Shown: positions 1 to 13,055 of the stretch, in pieces
Layout: every line of letters starts with the position of its first letter
Position numbering within the stretch: position 1 is the first letter of the stretch
Position numbers and translations under genes: made by a program
Source: Neophaeotheca triangularis
Lineage: Eukaryota
Length of the DNA: 64,000 bases
Direction: 5' to 3'
Assembly: GCA_054600435.1 (NCBI GenBank)
Contig: BAAIJX010000006.1
Location: forward strand, 496,001 to 560,000
Notes under the pieces: generated by a model
Told to the model about the DNA's origin: nothing
Seen by the model: only the letters and a program-made list of their open reading frames with translations
Database searches by the model: none

Positions 1-2102
1 GGTCTAGGCGGGAAGTCGCGGATGAGACCTGGCCCACGCGTATGGGACGCGGTATTGTTGACTATGTTCGGATTGGTGTCGTATTCGTTGTCTTCGTCGT
101 CGCTTGTCTCAATGATGCACGTCTCGTTAGGGTCATTGCGACCAAAAGGTTTCTTAACGGCAGGTGGTGGGGGTTGCTCTGGGAATGCGGCGGCAGCAGG
201 CCGTTTGCGAGTCGGGTGTTGGTCGGCAGATGTATCTGCGGCATCCTTGATAATAGTCTTGCTTCCAAGCCCGTCATCTTTGTTCCCAGACGAAGCTACG
301 GCGAAGCTTGGAGATGGGTCTCTTTGATCGCGCGCAACGTGACCTGGAACCGATGCGCTAGGGTGAAAATGAGCTATGCTGTCGTGGTTCTGTCCCGGCT
401 GTGGAGATGACCCAATAGCCGTCGAAGCACATTGGAAACTGCCAAGACCGGGCAGGCTAGGATGTTGTCCGGCTACCATACCTAATCCTGGCAAGGAGAA
501 TCTAGACGCACCTCCAAAAGGCGTAGGAGGAAGGGAGGGGGTTGTGGGCGAAGCCCTCGAGCCTGGTAGCTGGGGTGCAACTGGAGAAGAAACAGGGGAC
601 GACGGCAAAGCTACTCCGCCTTGGGGAATGAGTGTGACGGGAGACGGACCGTCGTCTGCAGCATGAGGAGCTTCCGGTGTCTGAGCAGCAGCTGAAGAAG
701 GCGTCTCAACCTGGGTCTGTTTGCTTTGGCGCGCCTTTTGCGCTTTCAGGGCGTCAAGCCTCTTGCGCAAGAGCTCATTTTTCTCCTCGTTCTTGGCCTT
801 TGCAGGCGCTGCCTTCGACGTGTTGGGCTGCGGGACGGCGGGTACGCTGGAGACATGACTAGGGGCTGTGCTCGAATCTTGACTCGCAACAACAGCAGCG
901 TTTGGCGTTTCAAGGCCCTTCGCCGAAGACGCAGTGGCTGCTACTTGGGTGATGGAAGGCGCGGCAGTCTCGCTTCGAACAAACTCTCCCACTGTGGCTT
1001 TCACTGGAGCCGTCGCCTCTTTAACAGTCTTTGCTTGCTTTGACCCATTTGCTCTGACCGCTGCCAGCCTCGCAAGCATCTCTTGACGTTCCGCTGTAGC
1101 CGCTTTGGCAGTCGCTGGGGGCTTGGCTGCCTTTGTGGATACTTTGGGCGCACTCAACGCAGCTTCCGGCTTTGCAATCGACTGTGGGTCCATCCTTTTT
1201 TCGCGTGGCGAAGCAAGCGCTGGACGAGCGCCTGCGTTGGTAGGCGAAGCGACATGTGCAGAAGTGTTAGATGGTTTGGAGCTTTTTGCTTCCGCAGGCA
1301 GAGGCAAGCCCAACTTCAGGTAGCACTGGCGAAGCTCACGCGAATAACGCGGCACCTCTGCCACCAAGGTATCGAAGGTATGACCAGCTTCATGCATGCT
1401 CCTGATAAACTGAAGCACCTGAGCTTCCTTTCCTGGACTTTCTTTTGCGGTCACGTTGCGAGGTGGTTGTCGCTGGAGTCTAGGATGTTGAAAGGGTTCT
1501 CTTGACACGGCTCTTGGTGCTCTGCGATCGGCTTGCGCGTTGAGATGCTGAGCGACTGTCTCGCGGCCCTTTGAACCCTTTATTGAGGAGGCTTGGGCTT
1601 GCATGTCTGATTGACGACCATTCGGCCGCCCACGCGTGCGCTTGTCCTCTGGGCTGGCGTTACGAGGCCCTTTCGGTGGCGGTCGCAGAAAGTCACGCGA
1701 TGTTCCCTCCATGGATTCATCCTCGTCAAGCTCGCCCTCTTCTTTCTCTGCACTTACCGAGTGCTGATGATGGGCCGCGCCATTCGTTGCAGCAGACGGT
1801 GAGCCACCCGCCAACGATTGGTTGCTACCAGCGTTTTGAGAGATCGTTGGGGGCAGGCTGAAGGCGCCGCTTTGGAAAAGCTGGCCGATGGCCATGAACT
1901 GTTCCGGAGTGATGCCCTGCAACATCTCCGGTAACTGCGCATTCTGCTGGAAGGCCGCCATCAAGCCGGGTATAGAGGCCGAGTTCTGCGCCGGCGTAGC
2001 TGTTGGAGCAGAGCGCTGGTCGGCGCGACTAGGGGGAGCTGATTGCTGAGAGTTCGTTCCACCGCCCCTAGGAGCCCATAGAGGGGCCGGATTCTGCGAC
2101 AT
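1..2102 (-). CDS. Large low-complexity protein, probably Red1-like (NURS/MTREC zinc-finger scaffold); 3' end runs off the window
   Basis: Reading frame from ATG 2102 (MSQNPAPLW...), translated in segments and in the same frame at the window edge; it is missing from the ORF track, consistent with no stop inside the window. Segments KEEGEL, QFIRSMHEAGHTFDTLVAE...YLKLGLP, RQEMLARLAAVR and RKRPAAAAF...KKPFG...CIIETSDDE resemble fungal Red1-like proteins from memory. The diagnostic C-terminal zinc finger is outside the window. Confidence 0.55.
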   Translation of the reverse strand, partial: MSQNPAPLWAPRGGGTNSQQSAPPSRADQRSAPTATPAQNSASIPGLMAAFQQNAQLPEMLQGITPEQFMAIGQLFQSGAFSLPPTISQNAGSNQSLAGGSPSAATNGAAHHQHSVSAEKEEGELDEDESMEGTSRDFLRPPPKGPRNASPEDKRTRGRPNGRQSDMQAQASSIKGSKGRETVAQHLNAQADRRAPRAVSREPFQHPRLQRQPPRNVTAKESPGKEAQVLQFIRSMHEAGHTFDTLVAEVPRYSRELRQCYLKLGLPLPAEAKSSKPSNTSAHVASPTNAGARPALASPREKRMDPQSIAKPEAALSAPKVSTKAAKPPATAKAATAERQEMLARLAAVRANGSKQAKTVKEATAPVKATVGEFVRSETAAPSITQVAATASSAKGLETPNAAVVASQDSSTAPSHVSSVPAVPQPNTSKAAPAKAKNEEKNELLRKRLDALKAQKARQSKQTQVETPSSAAAQTPEAPHAADDGPSPVTLIPQGGVALPSSPVSSPVAPQLPGSRASPTTPSLPPTPFGGASRFSLPGLGMVAGQHPSLPGLGSFQCASTAIGSSPQPGQNHDSIAHFHPSASVPGHVARDQRDPSPSFAVASSGNKDDGLGSKTIIKDAADTSADQHPTRKRPAAAAFPEQPPPPAVKKPFGRNDPNETCIIETSDDEDNEYDTNPNIVNNTASHTRGPGLIRDFPPR

Positions 2103-2585
2103 GACGGGGATGAAGTGAATCTGTTCTAGTTGGCATAAGTATGACAGATATTGAATGTTGCAGTCAAGGTACTGGACTCTTCGTACGAGTCGCGCTCGTG
2201 GAGGCAAATTGTGAGGACTGCAAAGTGAGCGGCTGGCACACTACCTGCTGGCAGTAGCTGGCGTTGTTTCTGCGCGCCCAGTCCTTTTACACGTGTCGCA
2301 CGCAGAGAAAACAAGGATATCGCAACTCCGTGGTGCACACTCGCGGCAACGTAAGAGTGATCCCCCACAGGTTGCAATATGGAACTGCAAGTGGCCACAA
2401 AGTATGGATAGTAGTGAGAAGTGAGGATGTTCCAAAAGCCGTGATCAAGGTGCCAAGGGCGAAGGCGCGTCCAGATTGAGATGGTTCATTCGCCAGCGGC
2501 TGCTCGGGGGACGGAAGCTCCCGTTGCCGGTGAACGTCACGTGCATGCGCGAGCGGCTCCTAAGTTTATCCCGCTTAGGCAAGAT

Positions 2586-2592
2586 GTAAACA
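2586..2592 (+). promoter_or_regulatory. Forkhead-type site GTAAACA in the divergent Red1-like/myosin II promoter
   Basis: Exact GTAAACA ~290 bp upstream of the myosin ATG, with CACGTG near 2538 and a TATATATA run near 2737. Yeast type II myosin is a forkhead-regulated mitotic gene. A single 7-mer can occur by chance. Confidence 0.3.
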
Positions 2593-2872
2593 CGGCGGCC
2601 GGGAGTCGTACTGCACACAATCATCGTTCGTTGTCAACTGCACACGCTTCTCTCTTTCGTCTTTCGCTACTCGGACCGGACTGGACTGGGACTAGAACTG
2701 CAACTGGAACTGGATTGTTGGCGTCGGCGCTCGTTCTATATATATACTCGCTAACCCGCAGGAACCCAAGGAAAAGCAGCCCCCTCCAATGGACCGCTGA
2801 AGCAACGAACGAGCGCGTTGTCGAAGTACGCGAATACACTGATTAACGAGCTAAGACGAGGCATATCCCATC

Positions 2873-5800
2873 ATGAGCGCACAAGCGCCTAGCGCGCAAA
2901 GATGGCGGAACGGCGCATTCGACCGAGACGGTGCGTCGCCGTCCCCTGGCCCTCCGCCGGGACACGCGAGATCTAAGTCGAGCATTATGGCGGCACCGCT
3001 GTCTCCACCGCCGGTAGCGGCTCCGCGCAACCAGTCACTGTCTGATCTAAGCCTGGCTGGGCTGAAGAGGAGCGATTCGAGACAATTGCGCTCTGGCTCG
3101 GTGAGGAACAGTACTCCTGCTGGGACGTTTGCGCCGCAGTTCATCAAACAAGAGCGCCTCGACGGGGCGCCGGAAGAGCGAGTGAGGGGAATAGAAGGGG
3201 AGAACGACTTCTCTGGCAAGCGTTACGTGTGGATGCGCGATCCTGAATCGGCTTTCGTCAAAGGTTGGGTGGTGGAGTCGCTACCGCAGGATATGCTTAA
3301 GGTCCAATGCGACGATGGCAGCGTAAGTACCATACCCTGATTACTCGACAAGTCACTGTGCTTACACAACAATAGATACGAGAGGTGTCGTCCGACAGCG
3401 TGGACAAGGTCAACCCAGCGAAGTTCGACAGAGCGGACGACATGGCCGAGCTCACGCACTTGAACGAAGCTTCCGTTGTACACAATCTGCAACAGCGCTA
3501 CATTTCGGACCTCATATACACCTATTCCGGCCTATTCTTGGTGACGGTCAACCCGTATACCCCGTTGCCCATCTACGGCCGAGATTATGTCAACATGTAC
3601 AGAGGCAGGACAAGGGAGGATACCAAGCCACACATTTTCGCGATGGCGGATGAAGCCTTCCGCAACCTTGTCGACGAGGGTCAAAATCAATCGATTCTGG
3701 TCACAGGAGAGTCGGGCGCAGGAAAGACAGAGAATACGAAAAAAGTCATACAGTACTTGGCGTCTGTCGCCGCAACCGACGCGTCCCATAGCAGCAGGTC
3801 CGGGGGACGACAGCTCTCAAACCTCTCAGAGCAAATTTTGAGAGCAAATCCGATACTGGAAGCCTTCGGAAACGCACAAACCGTTCGAAATCACAACTCT
3901 TCGCGTTTCGGAAAGTTCATACGAATCGAGTTCACTAGAAACGGACATATCGCCGGAGCGTTCATTGACTGGTATCTCTTGGAGAAGAGCAGGGTAGTTC
4001 GTCTGAGCGGCAACGAGCGGAATTACCATATATTCTACCAACTGTTGCAGGGCGCCGACAAGGGCATGCGCAGTGATTTCTTCCTCGGCAGCGGCGAGAT
4101 AGAGGACTTCGAGTATACCAGACACGGCAACGAAACCATTTCCGGTGTTTCTGACGGCGACGAGTGGCAATCACTGACTGAGGCTTTTCACATCATGAAC
4201 TTCTCGGAAAAGGAACAGAGGTCGATCCTACAAACTGTTGCTGGAGTTCTTCACCTCGGCAACATCATGGTCACCAAGGAGAGCTTACGAGGTGACCAGG
4301 CGGCTTTGGCCCAGGGAGCTGAGGATGCAGTAGGAAAGGCCTGCAAGCTTCTCGGTATAGATCCGGCCGCGTTCACGAAAGCTCTTTTGCACCCACGCGT
4401 CAAGGCAGGCCATGAATGGGTAGAAAAGGTTCAGACGCCTGAGCAAGCTCGTCTCTCTATTGATGCTCTCTCAAAGGGAGTCTACGAGCGAAGCTTTGGC
4501 GATCTCGTGGCTCGTATCAATAGGCAGCTGGATCGCACATCGAGCATGCACGCAGCAGACGACAGCTCTTTCATCGGCGTCCTCGATATTGCTGGATTCG
4601 AGATCTTCGATCACAACAGCTTCGAGCAGCTGTGCATTAACTACACCAACGAGAAGCTTCAGCAGTTCTTTAACCATCACATGTTCGTTCTGGAACAGGA
4701 GGAGTACGCCAGAGAACAGATCGAATGGAAGTTCATCGACTTTGGCCGAGATCTTCAACCAACGATCGACTTGATCGAGCTTCCAAACCCTATTGGTATC
4801 TTCTCCTGTCTGGATGAAGACTCTGTTATGCCCAAAGCGACGGACAAGTCCTTTACCGAAAAGTTGCATTCGCTCTGGGACCGCAAGACACCGAAGTACA
4901 AGCGTTGCCTAATGAACCAGGGCTTCATGCTCACGCACTATGCCGCTGAGGTGGAGTACTCCACGGACGGCTGGCTCGAGAAGAACAAGGACCCCATGAA
5001 CGACAATATTACCAAGCTTCTGGCTGCATCAAGCAACAAGCACGTTGCACAGCTGTTTTCTGACTGCGCCGAAGTCGACGAGTCGATGGAAGCAGGCCAA
5101 CGCAGCCGCGTCAAGAAGGGTCTTTTTAGAACCGTCGCCCAACGTCACAAGGAGCAGCTTGGCACGCTGATGAACCAACTCAACTCGACACACCCGCATT
5201 TCGTACGATGTATCCTACCCAACCACAAGAAGAGACCGAAGCAATTTTCCGCCCCCTTGGTGCTGGATCAGCTACGCTGTAACGGTGTGCTTGAAGGTAT
5301 TAGAATCGCACGAACTGGCTTTCCGAATAGGCTTCCTTTCGCAGAGTTCCGTGCACGGTATGAAGTACTCTGCAACAACATGCCGAGAGGGTACCTGGAA
5401 GGTCAGGCCGCTTGCAAGATCATGCTTGAAAAGCTCAATCTGGACAAGTCCTGGTATCGGGTTGGACTGACCAAGGTCTTCTTCCGCGCGGGAGTTCTCG
5501 CCGAGCTCGAAGAAGCACGAGATGCTCTCATCAGGGATATCGTAGTGCGGTTTCAGAGTGTCGCTCGTGGTTTTGTCCAGCGGAAGCTGGCGCACAAACG
5601 CCTCTACCGTGCTGAAGCAACTCGAGTCATTCAGCGAAACCTGCAGGTCTATCTTCAAATGCAGGCAAACCCCTGGTGGCGCCTTTTCGTGCAAATGCGA
5701 CCGTTGCTCGGAGATACTAGGCGATCCAACGAAGCGAAGAAGCGTGAGGAAGAAATGAAGGCCCTCCATGAGAAGATGAGGCGGGAAGAGGAAGAGAACA

Positions 5801-8800
5801 GAGCGAAGTACGAAGAAGAACGACGGAAGGCAGAGACTGAAATGCAGCGAATCCAACACACATTGGAAAGCGAGCGAGCTCTTGCTCTCGATAAAGAAGC
5901 GATCTTCAATCGCCTCCAGGACCGCGAAGCCGAACTTACGGAGAAGTTGCAAGGCGCTCTCGACGATCAAGAGGGCTTGGAAGGACAAATCGACGAGCTC
6001 ATGGCCGCACGGAGAGCAACCGAGGAACAAGCTGAAGACCGTCGAAAACAACTCGAGCAGGCAGGTCAAATCATCACCAACCTCGAGACTGAGAAGGCCG
6101 ACCTCACAGCTCGGGTACAAGAACTCGAGAGCCAGCTGTCAGACATGGAACAACACCGCTCGGAGAGGTCAGAGATGGAAGAGTCACTCACTTCAGAGAT
6201 GAGGATGCTGCAAAGCCAACTCAGTCTGAAGGACCGCAAGACGCAAGAACTGGAAGCCAAACTGCTCAAGAACGACCAAGACCTAGATCTCAAGCTTTCC
6301 GAGACTACCAAGGATTTGCAGAACTCGAGGAAACAGGCCAAGGATTTAGTGGAGGAGAATCGTTCTATCAGGCAGCAAATGTCAGATCTCGCGGCAACCT
6401 CGACTAGCTTTGAAGACCTGATCAAGCGCAAGGACAGTGAGCTTGCTATCCTAAAATCAGACCTCAAGCAATACCAGGATGATCGGAAGCGATTTGAAGA
6501 CGAAAGGAACCAGCTTACTTCCAAGCACGATGCCGTACAGGATCGGCTACGCGAAGCTCAGGCTGAGGTGGAAGCCATGAGAGCACAAAGGTCGCAGCTG
6601 GAGCGCGAAGCTGCGGACGCTAAGCGTGCTCTCGAGGAACAAACTTCCGCCAACGAGCAAGCAGAGATGCTCGAGGCTCAGATCCACGATCTGAAGGGCG
6701 AGCTTTACGAGGTGCAGACCGACCTCAGCCGTGAGAGGCAGTCGAGAGACGATGTGAAACGTATTGCAACAGCCGAGTACGAAAACCTGAAGCGTGAATA
6801 CGATGTCCTCCACGAGTCCAAGGTCACTATCGAGAAGCAGATGTATGTCCAGTCAGACTTGACTAGGCGCGCAACCGCGGCTCGCGAACAAGCCGACAAA
6901 GAACGCAAAGACTACCAAGGCGAGCTCCAAGGCATTCGCAAGAAGTTCATCGAGCTCCAGGAAGCCAAACTAGAGGGCGAGGCCGCAGTAGAACGGAGTG
7001 TCAACGATAGGGCAAACGAACGCTATGCGATCCTTCGCCGCGACCTTGACGAAAAATCCCAGCAGTATGACGCGAACGAGGCCGAGCGCGCTCAACTTGC
7101 TGGCGAAGTGCAGCGACTGAAGCAGCTTATCTCTGACTCGGACATGTACAAGGTCCACCACGATCAAGACAAGCAGCGTCTCGAGCGCGAAGTAATCACT
7201 ATCAAGGGACGACTGACTGCCTCAGAAAACGACAACCGCGCATTACTCAACAAGCTCCAGCAAAAGAACCTTGACATTGCTCGCTCCAACTCCCGCGCGG
7301 TCGACACCCAACGCACGCGCATCGGTCAGCTGCAGACTGAGAAGACAAAGGCAGACGAGGAGGTCAAGGCGTTGCAAAGGCAACTCAACGATTCGCAGCT
7401 CACAGTCACGTCGCTTGAGAAACAGAAGGAGAAGCTTGAGCTTAGCCTCGAGGATTTGAATCACGAAATCAGCAGGGAGCACAAAACCACTCGCCATGCT
7501 GAGCAGCAATCCTCCCAAGCCGGTCTGCAACTTGCAGAATCCAACCGAAAGCTCGAAACTGAAAGACAGATGCGGTCGCAGGCACAAGCGAACACGAAAA
7601 CTGTTCAGAATGCTCTCGACAGTGCTAACAACGATCTTGCTGAGGCTCACGAACAGCTCAGACTGTTGCAGAAAATTTTCGAGCCCGAAGCTCGCGACTC
7701 GCAAGGGCAGCTCGACGGCACAAAGCCGGATCTTGACAAGACCATCAACCTTGCGCAGAAGTTGGAGTCCTCGGAGAACGCGCTGCGTCTTGCTACCGAT
7801 CGTTTTACTCGCGCGGAGACCCAGCTCAATAGTCTGCGTTCCGAGCACCAGGAGAACATGCAAGAAAATGAGAACCGCCACCACAACTCCAAGCGTGCTC
7901 TTCTCGAGGAGATGAACGCAAGTCAGGTTAACGCCCGGTCTTCGCCGTCTCATGTCCGCAGGAACTGGGATGACAACCGCAAGGCTTTTAGTCCAGTCAG
8001 TACTCCACAAGGTCAGCGCTACGCCAGCAATGAAACCAGAGACTCTGCCCGTTCCGACCGCACCGTGGACACGGTGACTTTTAACAACCGAATGGACATG
8101 GCTGCAGAATTGGAGCAGATACAGAACCAGCTGCAAATGTCCGAGATGCAGAACAGACATCTTCAGGCCCAGATCGACCGTAGCCCGGCCAAGGGTCCCA
8201 ATCAAGATGATAGTCCTTCGGTGCGACGCGTGAACAGGTTGGAGCGGGAGAACTTCAGACTTCACGACATGCTGGACGATTCCGCCAAGAAGGTTTCTGC
8301 TCTGGAGCAGAGCATTCGCACAGGCCAACTGTCGCTGAAGGAGGTCCAAACGAAGAGTCACGAAGAGCTTTACGATTTAATCAACTCCCAGGAGCAGACC
8401 AGGCGATCCCTGCTAACTTCCCACAACGCGGCGATCTCTGAGTTGGCAGACGCCAAGATGGCTTTCGACGACGTCAAGCACCACAAGTCATCTATCGAAG
8501 TGGACCTTCGTGATTCTCAATCCAACCTCCACGAATTGCAGTACGAACGTGAGCAGGAGGCGGCGAACCACTCGCAGCTCTTGCAAGAATTCTCCGACCT
8601 GCAGATCCGACTCGACAACGAAGGCTCGAAGCTCGAAGACGTCAACTCCAGTCTAGATCTGTACAAAGCTCGTTCCGATCAATACTTTGAAAAGCTCGAG
8701 CAGGCTGAGATTGCGGTCATGAAGGCGTCGAGGGCCGAGCAGTTTGCGAAATCGCAGGCCAAGGAGGCCGAGGAGACTTGTGCTTCGATCATGGCTGAGC

Positions 8801-10194
8801 GCAAGCAAATGGACAGTCTAGTCGAGGATCTGCAACGCCAGACACAGCAGTACGAGGAGAAGCTCGAAGACTTGTCAGCAGATTTAGATGGTGCCCTTCA
8901 AGCGAAGAAGCGTCTGCAGAACGAGCTGGAGGACTACCGTTCTCAACGTGCCATGGACATTGAAGACAAGGAGTCGTCCATGGAGCAGACGCGCAAGAAG
9001 TATCAGTCCGAGCTCTCTTCCCTGACGAGCGAGCTTGAGCTCGAGCGTAACAGCGTCATCCACGCCCGCAGCGAAAACGGCCACCTTCGTGACGAGCTAG
9101 AAGAGCTGCGCAGTAAATGGGACGACGAAGTTCTCAACAGCTCGACGTGGGCTAAAGAGAAGTCCCGGCTTGAAGTCGCGCTGCAAGGGCTATCCGATTC
9201 CCGCGACGAGGCAGTCGATGCGCACAACGAGGCGCAAAGCAAAGTCGTTGAGCTCCTAGGCCAGGTGCGTGGGCTAAGGACCAACGTCGATGACGTCGCA
9301 GCAGAGCGCGACCTCCTGCACAAAGAGAAGAAGGGCCTCGAAGCGCGCCTTTCGGAAGCCGCGGAACGCCTTGAAGAATTATCCAAAACGGGCTCGCCAG
9401 CAAAACGCGACGCCGCCTCCATCGACCGCGAAGTGCTGGAACTCAAGTCCGACCTCGCGCACCAAGAAGACGTCGCGGCCGCCGCAGTGGGCAAAATGCG
9501 CCGCGCCGAAGCCCTCGCGCAAGAAGTGCAAAAGGACATCGCCAGCGAGCGCGAAAGCAACGTCCAACTGCACCGCGAAAAAGCCGGGCTGGAAAAGGGG
9601 CTCAAAGACCTACAACTCCGCTGCATCGACCTCGAGACCAAAGGCTACTCCAGCGGCAGCCAGGACGTTCGCTTCCTGACAACACGCGTGCAAGAGCTGG
9701 AATCACAAGTCGAGAACCTCGAACGCACGCGCACGACCGAAGCCCGCAGCGTCCGCAACGTCGACCGCACCGTCAAAGACCTCGAAGCGCAGCTGCAACG
9801 CCGCGACAAGAGCGCGCAAATGCTCGGCGACGACCTCGCAAAGTCGCGCGACAAGGTCGAGCGCTTGCTCGCCACTATCGACGAATTGCAGGCTTCGGAC
9901 TCGTCGGCGCAGCTCGCGGCCAAGCGCGCCGAGCGCGAGTTGAGGGAGGAGCGCGAGCAGAAGTTGAGGATTGAGCGGGAGCTTGAGAGTCTGCGGGGCT
10001 TGAGGGTCGAGCAGCGCGAGGGTTCTGCCAGGAGGGGCGCCAGCCATGGCGGCTTGTCGGCCGCGTTGAGCGATCATGGTGGCGGGGGAGGGGGCAGTCG
10101 GCGGGGCAGCTCTTACGGTCGTCCTACTAGCCAGAATGGAGATGTCATGATCGAGGTGCCGCCGCGGAAGAGCAGTATGGCGAGTTTTTTGTAG
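2873..10194 (+). CDS. myo2: Myosin type II heavy chain (cytokinetic ring myosin), ~2422 aa; exons 2873-3322 and 3376-10194
   Basis: Motor motifs GESGAGKT (P-loop), LEAFGNAQTVRNHNSSRFGKF (switch I), LDIAGFE (switch II) and QLRCNGVLEGIRI; IQ region; long coiled-coil tail. Intron 3323-3375 (GTAAGT...TAG) joins QCDDGS to IREVSSD in frame. Confidence 0.97.
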
Positions 10195-10507
10195 GGGCTA
10201 ATGGCGCGTTGGGCGTCGGAAAGGAGGGCAGGGCCAGGAGGGGGTTTGAGAAGGTCAAGTCGGAGGCGTTTTTGTAATTACCTTGCTTAGACTGGCTGGG
10301 GTTGGAGGAGGGTAACGTGAGGTTTTGGGCAGAAAGGGGCAAAGGAGATTGATTATGTTGCATTAAGGCGTGCTATTGGTTTCATTGGGCTAAGTGGTGG
10401 GGGGTTAAGGGGGTATATCATAGTGCATAGTGTCTCGTAGCTCTTTTTGCTTCCGAATTCTGCCATTGCCGCTTTCACCACCGCCTCCAGCGAGTCTCTC
10501 GTACCTC

Positions 10508-11854
10508 CTACACCCAATGCAAAAAGGCCCAGATGGCCAACCAGCCTCCGGCAAGGCCCACGAGAGTTCCAGCAAGCACCACTTCGCCCTCCCAGGTGAG
10601 AGTCAGGTACGCTCCCAAGCCGACGAGATGCTCCCAGCGTCTGGCAAACGCACGACGCTCGCGGTAACCGGCCACGACGCGAAAAGGGGGCTTTACGGCT
10701 GCCTCGACGGGTTTGAGCGGCACCGAGAAGGACAGGGCGACGGGGCGGTGATCGCTTGTGGGTTGGATGGGGAGGACGTCGTAGCTGTGGATTTTTGGTG
10801 CTGCTGCGGCCAGGTATAGGATCCGGTCGCACCAGGATGGGAAGCGATGGTGGGCCCAGTGGTCGACGTCGTCTTTTGAGCTGGCTATTGAGGGAGCAAG
10901 CGCGTCGATTGCGCGTTTTGCCGCGTGCTTCTTGGCTTGCGAGGAGTATTTGTAAGTTGGTGGGAAGTGGATGTCGGCTTCTGTGAGGTTGTGGAAGGTT
11001 CTGTTGTTCTGGAGCTCGCGGGATAGTTGGTCGTTCTGGAGGAGTTGGGAGAAGATTCTGGCGTTATCTGCGTGGGCTACCGGTTGAGGCCACTCGAGGT
11101 GCGCTGTGGGTGGAGGCGCGCTGTCCGCGGCTCGATAGTTCAAGTCGCCTGCAATGAAGAAATGCGAATGTGGATCGAAGAGACTACCCGCCTTCTGAGC
11201 TCCGGTGCTGCCACCCTCGTCTACAGCTGACAGCAAGGGCTCGTTTTCGCCATTGCTCTCGGCAGACATTCGCGCGTCGCGTATGGTCGACGCTTGCTCG
11301 TCCGGCGCGAACACCATGTCTTCGTTGAGAGTCTTCCAGTCCGCATTCCTCCTCTCGCATTGATTCTCATGGGGTGCCAGATGTGCAGCGACAAACGTCA
11401 TGAGCACCTCCTCCGATCCACTCCCTTCAACATCAGAGCTCATTGCAAGCCTCAAACCAACCGCGCCCTTGTTGCCCATCTCCCACAATCCAACACCCGT
11501 CCCAGCAGTCTCGATCCTTCGTATCCTCTTTACCGCCTCCGGACGCCCGAACAGCATAATACCGGTAAGCCCGAGATGCCTGGACAGAACCCATTCGTAC
11601 TCGACATGTTCATCGCCGGGGAGCTTCAGAGCAGCACGACGAACGGCCTCGGTGAAGCGGGTGAAGTAGGGTGTGAGGTTTTGACCGCCGAGGAAGCTGT
11701 AGCTGATGGGTGCGACCTCTTGCAGCGACAGCACGACGAGATCGGGGGGCAAGTTGGTCTTGAGGTTATTGAAGAGGTTGGCGGCGAAGTAGTCGATGTT
11801 GATGGGCTCGCGGGCGCAGTTAAAGGTGGTGAGGTAGCAGTTGAGCTCGGCCAT
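10508..11854 (-). CDS. Inositol polyphosphate/phosphoinositide 5-phosphatase (EEP fold) with C-terminal hydrophobic anchor, Inp54-like
   Basis: Motifs TFN, LQE, GNKGAV, AAHLAP, GDLNYR, PPTYKY, PSWCDRILY and SDHRPV; hydrophobic C-terminus. Start placed at MAELNC (ATG 11854). Confidence 0.92.
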   Translation of the reverse strand: MAELNCYLTTFNCAREPINIDYFAANLFNNLKTNLPPDLVVLSLQEVAPISYSFLGGQNLTPYFTRFTEAVRRAALKLPGDEHVEYEWVLSRHLGLTGIMLFGRPEAVKRIRRIETAGTGVGLWEMGNKGAVGLRLAMSSDVEGSGSEEVLMTFVAAHLAPHENQCERRNADWKTLNEDMVFAPDEQASTIRDARMSAESNGENEPLLSAVDEGGSTGAQKAGSLFDPHSHFFIAGDLNYRAADSAPPPTAHLEWPQPVAHADNARIFSQLLQNDQLSRELQNNRTFHNLTEADIHFPPTYKYSSQAKKHAAKRAIDALAPSIASSKDDVDHWAHHRFPSWCDRILYLAAAAPKIHSYDVLPIQPTSDHRPVALSFSVPLKPVEAAVKPPFRVVAGYRERRAFARRWEHLVGLGAYLTLTWEGEVVLAGTLVGLAGGWLAIWAFLHWV

Positions 11855-13055
11855 GGTGGATGATAAGGTATGTATGTGCTGGTAGACTAGGTTCTCACGA
11901 TTGGTAGTGGTCCTCGTACGTAGGACTGAAGGTGACAACAGGACTAGGTAGTGACCTAAGGAAGGCGCCTTGTGCATATGACCTGGTGCCTGTAGATGCC
12001 TTGTACTTGTGGTGTCGCGAATTGACTTTCAGGGAAGCTGGAGTCGTAGCGGGCTAGAACGGCGACATGACAAGGGCAGCTGATTGGATCCTTAGTACAC
12101 GATACCTTACTTAGCATTCTACGCTACTAGCTGCCCAGGTGGTCGTATATATAAAAGAGGCTGCAAGCGACAAGACGGACATGGCTGTATGCATTGAAAA
12201 CTAAGGCATGCCCTACTTGGCTCCTATGTGCCAGAGTCAGACCTCGATGGCAAAGGGAAGAAGAAAGATTCCGTGATCGATACACCGCGGTAGGTACTAC
12301 CTAAAGCAAATGCCTTTTGACCTAACTTACCGTCGCCACTCCTGTTCTAATCATTGAGCAGGAATAATAAAAAAATACTACCTCCGGCCATTACCCAATG
12401 GATTCGAAGCCGATGTCCTTTACTAAGATGAGGTGGCCCTGAGATTCCGCGTCTATTCCTCGGCGGCGACATGATACATCATCCAGGCCATCTTTTCACG
12501 TCACATACCCGATCAGGTAAAGCGGTAGCGAGGCTGCTTTTTGCTCGTCTAATCGGTCGGTCGGCACAGCGGCAGATAGCAAGCAAACACAGTAGACAGC
12601 AACTCCCCATGTGCGTTATGCGTGTGCCTCTGGGGGTATGGAGTATCATGAAGGCCTCTTGAGGCTTGACGTACAGTCTATGCGTAGAAAAGTAGCATAT
12701 CGAATTATCTTTAGATGTGTCCAATCACAATGCAGGCATATCGGATTTGATCGAGAAACAAGCCTCCACTTGCGTCTTGACAAGTGAGATGGATCGCCAT
12801 GCTTGTACCGCGTCATCGGTTTTCATTGTTAACTTCGACTTCGAACCCCACACATTTTCCTTGTCAACCTATGAGGAAGAAGCAGCGCTGGTGGCGACGG
12901 GAGACGCTTTCGTTTGCGACTGGGTAGTCCGACGTCATGGAGCGACCGCGATAATATATCAACCCTCTGCTCTTCGTCCGACCTACATTGCCTTGTTGCA
13001 CACCTCCTCATACCAAAGAAATACAATCTTGACCGTACCTACCACATCAGAGAAT

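Noticed and set aside
5272..9923. Long antisense ORFs opposite myosin (e.g. 7243-8361, 372 aa)
   Set aside because: Shadow frames produced by codon bias of the real gene; no motifs.
12717..13055. 113-codon N-terminal extension of catalase in the ORF track (similar extensions at 41905, 54264 and 39698)
   Set aside because: These begin at non-ATG codons and have non-coding-like composition; for catalase a TATA-like element (~12951) lies inside the extension.
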